Below, piece after piece: positions 38,485 to 48,505 of a stretch of DNA of 64,000 nt. The stretch is from Alphaproteobacteria bacterium (GTDB lineage Bacteria; Pseudomonadota; Alphaproteobacteria; MPNO01). Below the pieces are notes generated by a model that was given only the letters and a program-made list of their open reading frames with translations, ran no database searches and was not told where the DNA came from. The translations under genes were made by a program, and so were the position numbers. The stretch is from assembly GCA_965248835.1 (NCBI GenBank), contig CBDFLJ010000002.1:1696001-1760000 (forward strand), read 5' to 3'. The first letter of the stretch is position 1, and each line of letters begins with the position of its first letter.

Positions 38485-39632
38485 TCGGGCAGGCGAACAT
38501 GCAAACGACACAGGGCAGGGAACCAATGGAAGATACGCAACCCGGCCAGTCGTTCGGGCACGAAGAGCCCGAGGGTCTGGATGATAAAGGCGAGTCGTTT
38601 GGTGATTACCCCATCGACGATCTCTTGATCCGCCATGACAGTCGAACGATTCATGACGTCATGCGTCGGATAGATCAGGGCAACTACATCATGGACCCTG
38701 ATTTTCAGCGCGATTTCATCTGGCCGGAAGACAAGCAAAGCAAGCTGATCGAATCGGTTATCATGCGTATTCCCCTGCCTGTGTTCTACATGGCGGAGGA
38801 CGGTGACGGAAGAATGGTGGTGGTAGACGGTTTGCAGCGCCTATCTACCTTTCACCGGTTTGTGAGCGATAAGTTGCGGCTGCGTCTACCGAATCGGACT
38901 GAACTCAACGGCAAACGATTCTCGGACCTGACGTCAAAACTCCAGAACCGCGTGGAGGACTGCAATCTAATCTTTTACAACATTGATTCGAAGGTGGGAG
39001 AACGTGCCCGTCTGGACATCTTCGAGAGGGTCAATAGCGGAGAGCCCCTCAGCAGGCAACAGATGCGCAACTGTCTGTTCATGGGAAGGGCGACCCGGTT
39101 CCTAAAGGAAGAAGCACAAACCGATATTTTCCTTAAGGCAACGGGCGCTAGCCTAAATAAAAAAACAATGCGGGATCGGGAGTTTGTCAATCGGTTTTGC
39201 GCTTTTCAGCTTCTCGATCTCGATGAGTATCATGGAGACATGGATGAGTTCCTTGCCAACTGCTTAACGAAAATGAACCAATCGGCGGAATCATATCTAT
39301 CGCAGTTGTCCGATAAATTTCACAGGGGCCTTGCAAATAACCTTTTGCTGTTCGATCAACATGCATTCAGAAAACATGAACCGGGACAGGAACGTCGCGT
39401 CGTTCTCAATGCATCCTTTTGGGATGTAATGTGCACCGGTTTGTCGCGTTACACCGAAGATCATGTAGAAGTATACGTGGAACCTCTTCGCCAAGCCATT
39501 TATAAACTGCTTGGAGACGAGAGTTTTAATACCGCTATTACTTACTCCACAAACAATACCAAAAGTGTTGGCCTTCGGTTTGAGATGAGCCTGCAAAAAT
39601 TCGAGGAGATTCTGGGTGCTCACACGGATTGA
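38481..39632 (+). CDS. DUF262 (ParB/GmrS-like) protein, Menshen NsnA-like
   Basis: PDFQRDFIW, SKLIES...IPLP, VVDGLQRL, IFERVNSG; start may be 38526. Confidence 0.88.
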   Translation: MIGQANMQTTQGREPMEDTQPGQSFGHEEPEGLDDKGESFGDYPIDDLLIRHDSRTIHDVMRRIDQGNYIMDPDFQRDFIWPEDKQSKLIESVIMRIPLPVFYMAEDGDGRMVVVDGLQRLSTFHRFVSDKLRLRLPNRTELNGKRFSDLTSKLQNRVEDCNLIFYNIDSKVGERARLDIFERVNSGEPLSRQQMRNCLFMGRATRFLKEEAQTDIFLKATGASLNKKTMRDREFVNRFCAFQLLDLDEYHGDMDEFLANCLTKMNQSAESYLSQLSDKFHRGLANNLLLFDQHAFRKHEPGQERRVVLNASFWDVMCTGLSRYTEDHVEVYVEPLRQAIYKLLGDESFNTAITYSTNNTKSVGLRFEMSLQKFEEILGAHTD

Positions 39633-40776
39633 TCTGCGGTATTTCAAATGTTTCAAAATGTTGAAGCTGCCATTGCGTCCGCTGACCCTGCTGTCCGGCG
39701 CCAATGCCTCCGGAAAATCGTCGGTGATGCAGGCCCTCGTTCTTCTGCATCAGACGATGCGCGCACATGAATGGTCGTCACGCCTGATGCTCAATGGCGC
39801 CGCTGTTCGACTCGGCACCGCGGCGGATGTGATCGACCAAGTTTACGGGCGCCGCAATTGCGAGATTGCGCTGCTGGACGACCCTGCGGCGCGGTTTCAA
39901 TGGGAATTTGAAGGGGACCGCAACGAGATGTCCATGGTGGTGCGAAGGGCTTGCGGGGAGACGGCCGACGGCGCCCGCTGGGACGCCAACGAATCGCAGT
40001 CGTTTCACCACTTGCTGCCGGCGCCACCAAGCGGCCATTCGTTGACCAACCGCCTATGCGGGCTCACCTACCTGACCGCCGAGAGACTGGGGCCGCGCGA
40101 GCACTACATGTTTGACGATCCGCAGCTAACGCCCGTTGTCGGCTCACGAGGGGAATACGCTGTCAGCATTCTTCACTCCGGCCGAGACGCCCCTGTGCTG
40201 GATCGCCTGGAGCTTCAGGGCACACCGCCCACTCGTTTTCGGCAAGTGGAAGAACGGATGCGCCACTTTTTTCCGGGTTGTGTGTTAGCGATTGAGCAGG
40301 TTCCGCGTGCGAACGCCGTAACGTTAGGAATTCGTATATCCAGCGGTATGGATTTTCAACGCCCTGTTCATACGGGTTTTGGGTTGACTCAGGTTCTCCC
40401 AATCGTCGTCGCGGCCTTATCCGCGAATAGCGATGACCTGCTGTTAGTCGAGAATCCCGAAGTGCATCTACATCCCACCGGACAGGCGGCGATTGGGGGA
40501 TTTCTGGCTGAAGTCGCATCGGCAGGCGTGCAGGTCATAATCGAGACACATAGTGACCATGTGTTGAATGGCATCAGGCGGGCCGTCAAAAACCGCACGC
40601 TGACCAGCGAACATGTCGCGTTACATTTTTTCCGGCCGCGCCGTGAAGACCAGACGGACTGCGGGCCACAAGTTCAGAGCCCGATCCTGGACGCCGACGG
40701 CAACATCGACAGTTGGCCGGATGGGTTTTTTGATCAGTTCGACAAGGACATGAATTATTTCGCGGGCTGGAATTGA
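39616..40776 (+). CDS. ABC-type ATPase with DUF3696 C-terminus, Menshen NsnB-like
   Basis: Walker A GANASGKS, GFGLTQ signature, Walker B LLVENPEVHLHP, ETHSDH, C-terminal WPDGFFDQ. Confidence 0.88.
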   Translation: MLTRIDLRYFKCFKMLKLPLRPLTLLSGANASGKSSVMQALVLLHQTMRAHEWSSRLMLNGAAVRLGTAADVIDQVYGRRNCEIALLDDPAARFQWEFEGDRNEMSMVVRRACGETADGARWDANESQSFHHLLPAPPSGHSLTNRLCGLTYLTAERLGPREHYMFDDPQLTPVVGSRGEYAVSILHSGRDAPVLDRLELQGTPPTRFRQVEERMRHFFPGCVLAIEQVPRANAVTLGIRISSGMDFQRPVHTGFGLTQVLPIVVAALSANSDDLLLVENPEVHLHPTGQAAIGGFLAEVASAGVQVIIETHSDHVLNGIRRAVKNRTLTSEHVALHFFRPRREDQTDCGPQVQSPILDADGNIDSWPDGFFDQFDKDMNYFAGWN

Positions 40777-40777
40777 T

Positions 40778-41740
40778 ATGGACCTCCTTGCCAATGACCT
40801 ATCGATCCACGAGCAATTTCACGACATAGAGTCGTTTCGCGACGCGCTTGCACGCTTGGTGTCCATGCGCAACACAGTTCGTCGCTTCGGTCGGGAGGTT
40901 TATTGCCATCATGCGCTCCTGAACGCCAGCCCGATTTCGGGTGTTCGGATGCAACAAGCAATTGGGCGCCTTGCTGACAAGAACGAGAAGCGAGCCGCGA
41001 TGGGGTGGCTGACGTCCGCCAGTTCGTCATGGGACGATCTACGCCAGCATGGCGCCGACGACTGGCTCGAATGCCGTGACGATATCGTCACGGATACCGC
41101 GATCGGCGAGGCCGCATTTCGAACGCTGCATAGCGTTGAATGTGGGCTGATTAGCGTCACACCTTCCAATTGGGATTTCTCGCCCGTCGAAGTGAATTGG
41201 AAGCGGGAATCGGAGGAATTGGACGACAAGACCGCAGCCCTCAAAAACTGGCGAAACGCAATTACGCTGGAAGAAGGGCTCCGCGATGCGACGGCGCCGA
41301 TTCAGACATGGGGCGATTTACGTGAAGCTTCGACGAACTGGTTTGAAAGCCTGACAATCTCTGGCAACTGTTTCGAACCGCTCGACGGAGTTCCGTTCGC
41401 ACGAAGCTCGGCGGATCGCATTCTCGTTTTGCTCGGCATTCTAAATAAATTGGCGCAAGCGTTCGATCCGGGCGGCGCGCGTACACCCGAAGGCCATCAA
41501 ATCTACCAAGACCACTTCACGGGCGATGGCGCATGGTTCTCAGACTCATCGAATGCCGAGAAGAATAACTTCCGCGAGGAATTGACATTTCCACATCCGA
41601 ACGATCCGGGAAAGGCGCTGTTTTGTACATGGCATGGCAAAGTGCGCCACATGACACTCCGCTTGCATTATTGCTGGTCCGGGACGGCGGGCGATCGGGT
41701 TCTCGTCGTGTATGCCGGTCCAAAGATCACGAAACAGTGA
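40778..41740 (+). CDS. Putative effector (Menshen NsnC-like), possible RelE-like C-terminal nuclease
   Basis: Starts 1 bp after the ATPase stop; N-terminal NDLS motif; C-terminal FSDSS..E...LTF...CTWHGK...RLHY...VVYAGPK. Confidence 0.6.
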   Translation: MDLLANDLSIHEQFHDIESFRDALARLVSMRNTVRRFGREVYCHHALLNASPISGVRMQQAIGRLADKNEKRAAMGWLTSASSSWDDLRQHGADDWLECRDDIVTDTAIGEAAFRTLHSVECGLISVTPSNWDFSPVEVNWKRESEELDDKTAALKNWRNAITLEEGLRDATAPIQTWGDLREASTNWFESLTISGNCFEPLDGVPFARSSADRILVLLGILNKLAQAFDPGGARTPEGHQIYQDHFTGDGAWFSDSSNAEKNNFREELTFPHPNDPGKALFCTWHGKVRHMTLRLHYCWSGTAGDRVLVVYAGPKITKQ

Positions 41741-41744
41741 GGCG

Positions 41745-44714
41745 ATGATGGAGGCCAAGGAACGACGTTCGACAGAGACCCGCTTAATCGAACGTTGGCT
41801 ACCGATTGCCGCGCTCGGCGAGGAAAGCGTCCGGGAGCGACGGTCGATGACCGCGTTGCCGCCGATCTACTATCTGCATGTCTGGTGGGCGCGGGCGCCG
41901 TTGGTGGCTTCCCGCGCCGCGATTCTGGCCTCCCTGCTACCGGAAGATTCGGATAGGGAGAAGTTTCTGCATGTGCTTGGCATCCACGGGGATCCCGCGG
42001 CTACCAGACGCAGGATTGATATCGCCAAAAGAAACAAGGAAAACCTTGGGCCAAACCCCTACGGCTACAAGCGGGCGTTTACGTATACGCCGACAGAAGA
42101 AGACAGGGACTGGGCCGAGCTTACTGTAGGGAGCGCGCTAAAGGGCCTATTCGTGCTCGACCCGACCGCGGGAGGGGGAAGTATTCCATTTGAAACCGGG
42201 CGCCTAGGGCTGACTTCGATCGCCAATGACCTGAATCCTGTCGCCGCTCTGCTTCTCCGGGCCACTGTCGATTGGCCCGCACGATACGGTTCTGCGCTGC
42301 TTGAACAGTTCGGCACATTGGCGCGCGAGTTTGTCTGTCGAGCCGAACCGAAATACGAACGTGTTTTCCCCGTGGAGTCCGAAGGTATCCGCATTGAAGG
42401 CTATCTCTGGGCTCGCACCATCACCTGTCCCTACTGCGACGGCCTTGTGCCCTTGTCACCGAACTGGCGTTTGGCACCCGACGGAACCGGTGTGCGGGTC
42501 CGACCTCACCTTGCCACCGGTCCAGGCTCAGATGGTCGGGTCTGTTCGTTCGAGATCGTCGACTCTGTCGCTGAACAATCACAAGGAACCGTTTCCGGAG
42601 GCGATGGAGTCTGTCCCTATTTAGATTGCGGCCGCGTCATAGACGGGGATGAAATCAAGCGGCAGGCCCAGGCTGGGAAGATGGGAGAGCAGTTGCTCGC
42701 AATCGTCTACAAAAGGCGTGTCGAGAAAATCCTAAAGTCGGGAAAACGCGGAAAGGACAAATGGGTACGCGGCTACCGCGCGCCGCGACCAGAGGACGAT
42801 AACAGTGTCGAGATAAGAGCGAAGCTCGACGAGAAGCTGCCCGAGTGGGAAGCCTTGGATTTTGTTCCGAGCGAGAAGTTTCCAGAAATCAGTAACGACG
42901 ACCGACCAATCCAGTATGGCATGCCCCTGTGGCGCGACCTGTTTTCTCCGCGTCAGCTTCTGTGCCACGGAACGAGTGTCGAAATATTTCGAGAAATGCT
43001 CGACGCGGATCGTGCTGACGGAAGTCTCGATGAAGTCCGGCGAGCGGCATACGTGTATTTGGCTCTGACGCTCGATACCTTGCTGAACTACAACAATCGA
43101 GCTGGACGCTGGGACAATACCACCGGTAGGGTACGTTCTATTTTCGACCGACACGACTTTGCGTTCGTGTGGTCCTACGCTGAGATGGCACCCCTTGTCG
43201 CAGGCGTGGGATACGACTGGGCTATCGATAAGACCGCAAAGTGCATCAAAGAACTCGTTACCTTGGTTCGCCCCGACGTGGACCTGAACGCCGCCGATTT
43301 GTTCAGTCGTGACGGTGCAGAAGAATACACCTCACCGCCGATCACCATCACCGCCAAGCCCGGTGACAGTCTCGATCATATTGAGGACGCATCCGTAGAC
43401 GTAGTCGTCATAGACCCACCCTATTACGACAACGTCATGTATGCCGAGCTCTCAGATTTCTTCTACGTATGGCTCAAACGCACGGCCGGCCACGTTGTCC
43501 CCGAGCTATTCCGCCGCCAGCTAACCGACAAGGACAACGAGGCCGTCGCCAGTCCAGCCAAATTTCAAGGACAGAAAGGCGCCAAGGCGCTCGCAGGAAG
43601 AGACTACCAGGAACGCATGGCATCGATTTTCGCCGAGTGCAGCCGGACACTCAAACCGAATGGCATCATGACTCTGATGTTCACGCACAAGGCGAGCGGC
43701 GCCTGGGATGCGTTGACCAAGGGATTGATCGAAGCAGGTTTCGTCATCACCGCATCATGGCCTATCAATACCGCGGCCGAGGGAAGTCTTCATATCAAGG
43801 ACAAGGCGGCCGCCAAGACCACCATCTTTCTGGTTTGTCGACCCCGCGTGGACGACACGCAGGCGGAGTCGCAACTCTATTGGGAAGACGTAGAACCCTT
43901 GGTCGCCAAAGCGGTGCGAACGCGGGTCAAGGAGTACCAGGACGCAGGCATTTCGGGCGTTGACCTCTACCTCGCCTCTTTTGGACCGGCGCTTGAAGAG
44001 TTCTCGCGCCACTGGCCTCTCAAGCGAGGCACGCCGCGCGAGATTCCCGTGGAACGCCGCCGCCGGCGACAACAGGCCTTGTTCGAAGAGGAATGGGATC
44101 CTTATGCCGCAACACCGGAAGATGCCCTTGACGCGGCCCGCCGTGAGGTCAAGCGATGGCGTCTGGAACAGTTGACCCATCTAAAGGCGGATGCCGATCT
44201 CGATCCCGCAACAGCGTTTGTCGTCTTGGCGTGGGATGCCTTCAAGGCACCTGTGTTCTCTTATGACGAAGCGCTGAGGCTCGCCCGTGCGGTCGGCGTC
44301 GATCTCGACAGCGACATCATCGGCCGGTTGGCCGAGAAGAAAGGCAGTGACATCCAACTATGGGACAGCGCACGCCGGGCCGCCAAGGGAACACTCGGAC
44401 CTGTCGATGGCTCTCGAGGAATGATCGACGCGATCCATCACGCCGCCAACATGGCCCGCGTACGTTCCTTCGCCGCCGCGCAGGATGTTCTTGCAAAGGC
44501 ACTGGTTGATCAGGATCCGCATTTCTACGCGGCGCTTGAAGCCGTCCTTGAAGTTCTTCCGGTTTCAAAAACCTTCACAGGGATCGAACTCAAGGGCGAA
44601 GTTGCGGCCTCGGCGAGTGACTTCGAGGCGCTGTATAAACTCACCCGCCTCGCTTACAGCGACAAAATCGACGAGCCTGAACAGCTCAAACTTTGGCAAG
44701 ACGATGACGTCTGA
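41745..44714 (+). CDS. DUF1156 adenine-specific DNA methyltransferase
   Basis: LHVWWAR, motif I DPTAGGGSIP, DLNPVA, Zn ribbon CPYC/CPYLDC, motif IV DPPYY, YAELSDFFYVW. Confidence 0.92.
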   Translation: MMEAKERRSTETRLIERWLPIAALGEESVRERRSMTALPPIYYLHVWWARAPLVASRAAILASLLPEDSDREKFLHVLGIHGDPAATRRRIDIAKRNKENLGPNPYGYKRAFTYTPTEEDRDWAELTVGSALKGLFVLDPTAGGGSIPFETGRLGLTSIANDLNPVAALLLRATVDWPARYGSALLEQFGTLAREFVCRAEPKYERVFPVESEGIRIEGYLWARTITCPYCDGLVPLSPNWRLAPDGTGVRVRPHLATGPGSDGRVCSFEIVDSVAEQSQGTVSGGDGVCPYLDCGRVIDGDEIKRQAQAGKMGEQLLAIVYKRRVEKILKSGKRGKDKWVRGYRAPRPEDDNSVEIRAKLDEKLPEWEALDFVPSEKFPEISNDDRPIQYGMPLWRDLFSPRQLLCHGTSVEIFREMLDADRADGSLDEVRRAAYVYLALTLDTLLNYNNRAGRWDNTTGRVRSIFDRHDFAFVWSYAEMAPLVAGVGYDWAIDKTAKCIKELVTLVRPDVDLNAADLFSRDGAEEYTSPPITITAKPGDSLDHIEDASVDVVVIDPPYYDNVMYAELSDFFYVWLKRTAGHVVPELFRRQLTDKDNEAVASPAKFQGQKGAKALAGRDYQERMASIFAECSRTLKPNGIMTLMFTHKASGAWDALTKGLIEAGFVITASWPINTAAEGSLHIKDKAAAKTTIFLVCRPRVDDTQAESQLYWEDVEPLVAKAVRTRVKEYQDAGISGVDLYLASFGPALEEFSRHWPLKRGTPREIPVERRRRRQQALFEEEWDPYAATPEDALDAARREVKRWRLEQLTHLKADADLDPATAFVVLAWDAFKAPVFSYDEALRLARAVGVDLDSDIIGRLAEKKGSDIQLWDSARRAAKGTLGPVDGSRGMIDAIHHAANMARVRSFAAAQDVLAKALVDQDPHFYAALEAVLEVLPVSKTFTGIELKGEVAASASDFEALYKLTRLAYSDKIDEPEQLKLWQDDDV

Positions 44715-44716
44715 CC

Positions 44717-47700
44717 ATGCTCAGCGATCACACATGGAAGCTCAAATACACCCCTGATGACGGCAATCTCGTCAAGCTGTTCTACATCCCAGCGCTTGAG
44801 GATGCCGAGCGTTATGATCGACTGACCGGGTACTTTAGCGCTCGCGCCCTGACACTGGCGGCACGCGGCATCGAAGGACTGGTCCGAAACGGCGGCCACA
44901 TGCGGCTCGTCGTCGGCTGTACCCTGGAACCGCCCGAGATCGAGGCGATCGCTCAAGGCGAGAATCTTCGCGGTCTCGTAGAGCAACATTTGGTGAGCGT
45001 GCCGCTCGCTCCACCAGATTCGGACTCTTCCGACGCTCTAGAACTGCTGGCCTGGATGATTGCGCGCGGTCATCTGGAAGTGAAGGTGGCCGTTCCTTGC
45101 GATGCCAACAAGAAGCCGGTTCCGGCAGACGGCATTTTTCATGAGAAAGCCGGCATTATCGAGGACCGGGGCGGTGACAAGATCGCCTGGAACGGCAGCC
45201 TCAACGAGACGGCGGCCGGCTGGCAGCACAACTGGGAGAGTATCAACGTCTACACGAGCTGGGGTACGGAGCCCCAACGGGCCTCGGACGAAGAGGCCAA
45301 TTTCGCACGCATCTGGGCCAACAAGGCACATCGCGTAATCGTGCTCGACGTACCTGATGCCGTACATCAGGACCTGATGCGTTTCATGCCCGAAACGGAT
45401 AAGCCTGCCCGCCTCAAAGAGCCGGAAGAAGCGCCCGAAAAGCCTCCCCCGAACATGGCAGCAGACGGAGAGAACAAACCCGAAGAACAATCCGCACTCC
45501 TGACTACCGATCTGAGGAGCCGTGTCTGGTCTTTCATTCAACACGCGCCTTGCTTGCCAAACGGGGGCGAGCGCGTTGGCGAGATTACCTCGGCGGTCAC
45601 ACCCTGGCCCCACCAAGTGAGGGCTTTTGAACGTCTCTATACCGATTGGCCCCCCAAGCTTCTTATCGCCGACGAAGTCGGCCTCGGCAAAACCATCCAG
45701 GCAGGACTGCTCTTGCGTCAGGCTTGGCTGGCCGGGCGCATCAAGCGGGTCCTGATCCTGGCGCCTAAAGCCGTTCTCCAACAGTGGCAGATCGAGTTAC
45801 GCGAAAAGTTCAACTTGAACTGGCCTATCTACGACGGCCAGAAGCTGATCTGGTATCCCTCGCCCGCGTGGCGTGGGCAAAACGAACGGATTGTCGACCG
45901 CCATAACTGGCATGACGAACCTGTGGTGATCGCGTCCAGTCACCTGATGCGGCGCCACGACCGCTCGGCCGCACTATTGGAGGAAGCCGAACCCTGGGAT
46001 CTGGTGGTGCTTGACGAAGCCCACCATGCCCGGAGACGCGCCGCGGGAAGCCAACAGGAAGGTGGGCCGAACGCCCTGCTGCGCCTGATGCAAGGGCTGA
46101 AGGACCGGACTCGGGGACTGGTGTTGCTCACCGCGACGCCCATGCAGGTCCACCCCATTGAGGTCTGGGACTTGCTGGACCTGCTCGGCCTGCCGCCCGA
46201 GTGGACCGCCGACGCGTTTCTCAAGTTCTTTGACGATATTGAGCAACCAAGCCCGTCATCGGATGCGCTGGACCGCATGGCCCAACTCTTTCAGTCGGTT
46301 GAACGCGAGTACGGCGAAGTCCAGACAGAGGACGCGCAACGTCTGGTCGAGCTGTCTCGTATGAAGGCCAACAAAGTACTCCGCGCGCTGCGCGATAATG
46401 CCAGCATTCCGCGGCGTCAATTGGAGACGGCAGAGCGCCGCGCCGCGATCAACATCATGCGGGCGCATACGCCGATTCGCCGCCTGGTATCGCGGCACAC
46501 TCGCGAACTGCTGCGACGGTATTTCAAGGCTGGAATGATGACCACACCCATCACCGATCGTCAGGTCGAGGATCGCTTTATCGAAATGACGTCGGAAGAA
46601 CGAGCGCTCTATGACGCGGTCGAGGATTACATTGCCAGCACCTATAACCAAGCCAGCGCCAAGGAGCGCACGGCGGTGGGTTTTGTCATGACAATCTACC
46701 GTCGCCGCCTCGCCAGCAGCTTTCTGGCCTTGCGCAACACGCTGCAAAACCATCTCAACGCCATTGCCACCGGCGGCCAGGCGCAATTAACGGGTCTGGA
46801 CGAGGACGCGCCGGACGATGAAGCGACGGACGAGATTCTGGATGCCGATGATGTGGCGGCTCTCGAGCGCGACGCTCTCGCCGCCGAAGAGGAGTCAGAC
46901 ATCCAGAGCCTTCTTGTCCGCATTGCCCAGTTGCCGCCGGATAGCAAACTCGAAAGCCTCAAGCACACCCTTCAAGAGCTACGCGGCGACGGATACGGCC
47001 AAGCGATGGTCTTCACCCAATACACCGACACCATGGACTTTCTGCGTGGAGATCTCCTGAAGCACGCGGATCTGACGCTGATGTGTTTCTCGGGGCGAGG
47101 GGGAGAAGTCCCGGCCGCGGACGGCACCTGGCGCCGGATCAGCCGCGACGATGCTAAACGGCGGTTCCGAGATGGCGAAGCCGATGTCCTGCTATGCACA
47201 GACGCGGCAGCTGAAGGGCTAAACTTTCAGTTCTGCGGCGCCCTGATCAATTACGACATGCCGTGGAACCCCATGCGGGTAGAACAACGCATCGGACGCA
47301 TCGACCGTCTCGGCCAGGAGCACGGCATCATCCGGATCGTCAACTTGCACTACGAGGGGACGGTCGAAACCGACGTCTATCGAGCGCTCAGGACACGCAT
47401 CGGCTTGTTCGAGTCTGTCGTTGGCCGACTGCAACCGATCCTGGCCCAATTACCCCAAACGATCTCGCAGAGCATTCTCTTGGGCAAGGACGCCGATATC
47501 CGCGATCGCGCGAACATTATGGATACCATCGAGCAGCAAGCCCGCGAAGCAGAGGGGCGCGGGTTCGATATCGACGCGGTGACGGAAGACGACCTCACCA
47601 TGCCATCGCGCCCGCCATCGCCCATAACCATGGATGATCTGGACAGGATCATTGGGTCATCGGACCTGATGCCGCCGGGAACTGACATCCAGCACATGGC

Positions 47701-47896
47701 GCATCGGGAATACGGATTGCTGGCTCCTGGCATGACTGAGAGCCTTCGCGTGACCACCGACCCGGCGTTTTTCGAGGAGCATGCTGAAAGCCTGGAGCTT
47801 TGGTCGCCGGGCAATGTGCTGTTTCAGGCCCCGGAGCTGATAACGCCAGATGATGCCCCCCAAGCGAGATCGCTCAATGAGGTGTTGGAGGATTGA
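44717..47896 (+). CDS. PLD-nuclease/SNF2 helicase fusion
   Basis: PLD FHEKAGI..D...GSLNET; SNF2 DEVGLGKT, DEAHH, TATP, TDAAAEGLN, QRIGRIDR. Confidence 0.92.
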   Translation: MLSDHTWKLKYTPDDGNLVKLFYIPALEDAERYDRLTGYFSARALTLAARGIEGLVRNGGHMRLVVGCTLEPPEIEAIAQGENLRGLVEQHLVSVPLAPPDSDSSDALELLAWMIARGHLEVKVAVPCDANKKPVPADGIFHEKAGIIEDRGGDKIAWNGSLNETAAGWQHNWESINVYTSWGTEPQRASDEEANFARIWANKAHRVIVLDVPDAVHQDLMRFMPETDKPARLKEPEEAPEKPPPNMAADGENKPEEQSALLTTDLRSRVWSFIQHAPCLPNGGERVGEITSAVTPWPHQVRAFERLYTDWPPKLLIADEVGLGKTIQAGLLLRQAWLAGRIKRVLILAPKAVLQQWQIELREKFNLNWPIYDGQKLIWYPSPAWRGQNERIVDRHNWHDEPVVIASSHLMRRHDRSAALLEEAEPWDLVVLDEAHHARRRAAGSQQEGGPNALLRLMQGLKDRTRGLVLLTATPMQVHPIEVWDLLDLLGLPPEWTADAFLKFFDDIEQPSPSSDALDRMAQLFQSVEREYGEVQTEDAQRLVELSRMKANKVLRALRDNASIPRRQLETAERRAAINIMRAHTPIRRLVSRHTRELLRRYFKAGMMTTPITDRQVEDRFIEMTSEERALYDAVEDYIASTYNQASAKERTAVGFVMTIYRRRLASSFLALRNTLQNHLNAIATGGQAQLTGLDEDAPDDEATDEILDADDVAALERDALAAEEESDIQSLLVRIAQLPPDSKLESLKHTLQELRGDGYGQAMVFTQYTDTMDFLRGDLLKHADLTLMCFSGRGGEVPAADGTWRRISRDDAKRRFRDGEADVLLCTDAAAEGLNFQFCGALINYDMPWNPMRVEQRIGRIDRLGQEHGIIRIVNLHYEGTVETDVYRALRTRIGLFESVVGRLQPILAQLPQTISQSILLGKDADIRDRANIMDTIEQQAREAEGRGFDIDAVTEDDLTMPSRPPSPITMDDLDRIIGSSDLMPPGTDIQHMAHREYGLLAPGMTESLRVTTDPAFFEEHAESLELWSPGNVLFQAPELITPDDAPQARSLNEVLED

Positions 47897-48505
47897 TGCC
47901 GATCAGAATTTGCCCACACGAATACGAGGAAGAATTGGGCGCCTGATTAGATAGTCGCCGCCATACCGTAAGCATTCGGCCAAGCCGTGACTGCCCGGAT
48001 AGGGGGAGGTAGCGAACGACCAGTGTGGCAGTAAACCGTTCGGCTCGACACTCGGACCTCAGCGCCGATCGGATCACGATTGACGCCGATCTCAACGATG
48101 TGATGACCAACATCAGAATGCTGCCGCGTACTGGAAATGCCTGACGATCCTGTACGCGCGGACGATGGCGAAGCCACGGGGCTGGTCCGGCCAGATACGG
48201 ACAGAACACCGGACTGCCGCTTCTCCGGCGCCGGCTATCCCGGCTCGACCGAACGGATACGACGAGCGAGGGCTCGCAATGGCCGAGACCAACATTCGCT
48301 CACAACCCCGAACTGATCCGTGGTGCCTCGTGTGCGTATCGGTCGCGAAGCTCCCTTCGGTCAAAATACCGGGACCGCTGGGACCGCGCTTGAATTCGCC
48401 GGCTCGGCCATGATGAGCGGGCCCCGCCTCAGCACCGCGGACCGTCCGCCCGGCCGCGCCACTACCGGCCCGACGACAGCGCCACCGCATCATCGGCCGA
48501 AGCGC

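Noticed and set aside
39616-41740. ABC ATPase plus partner as PARIS, Septu or Gabija
   Set aside because: Partner shows no TOPRIM, HNH or UvrD motifs; upstream DUF262 and the DUF3696 tail fit Menshen better
34960-47896. Canonical BREX or type I/III R-M
   Set aside because: No PglZ, BrxL, HsdS or Res/Mod signatures; the gene set matches the DUF499/DUF1156 restriction-like class
47897-48505. Possible ncRNA or REP-like element after the defence operon
   Set aside because: Only weak, imperfect palindromes and no recognisable family; needs an Rfam/covariance search
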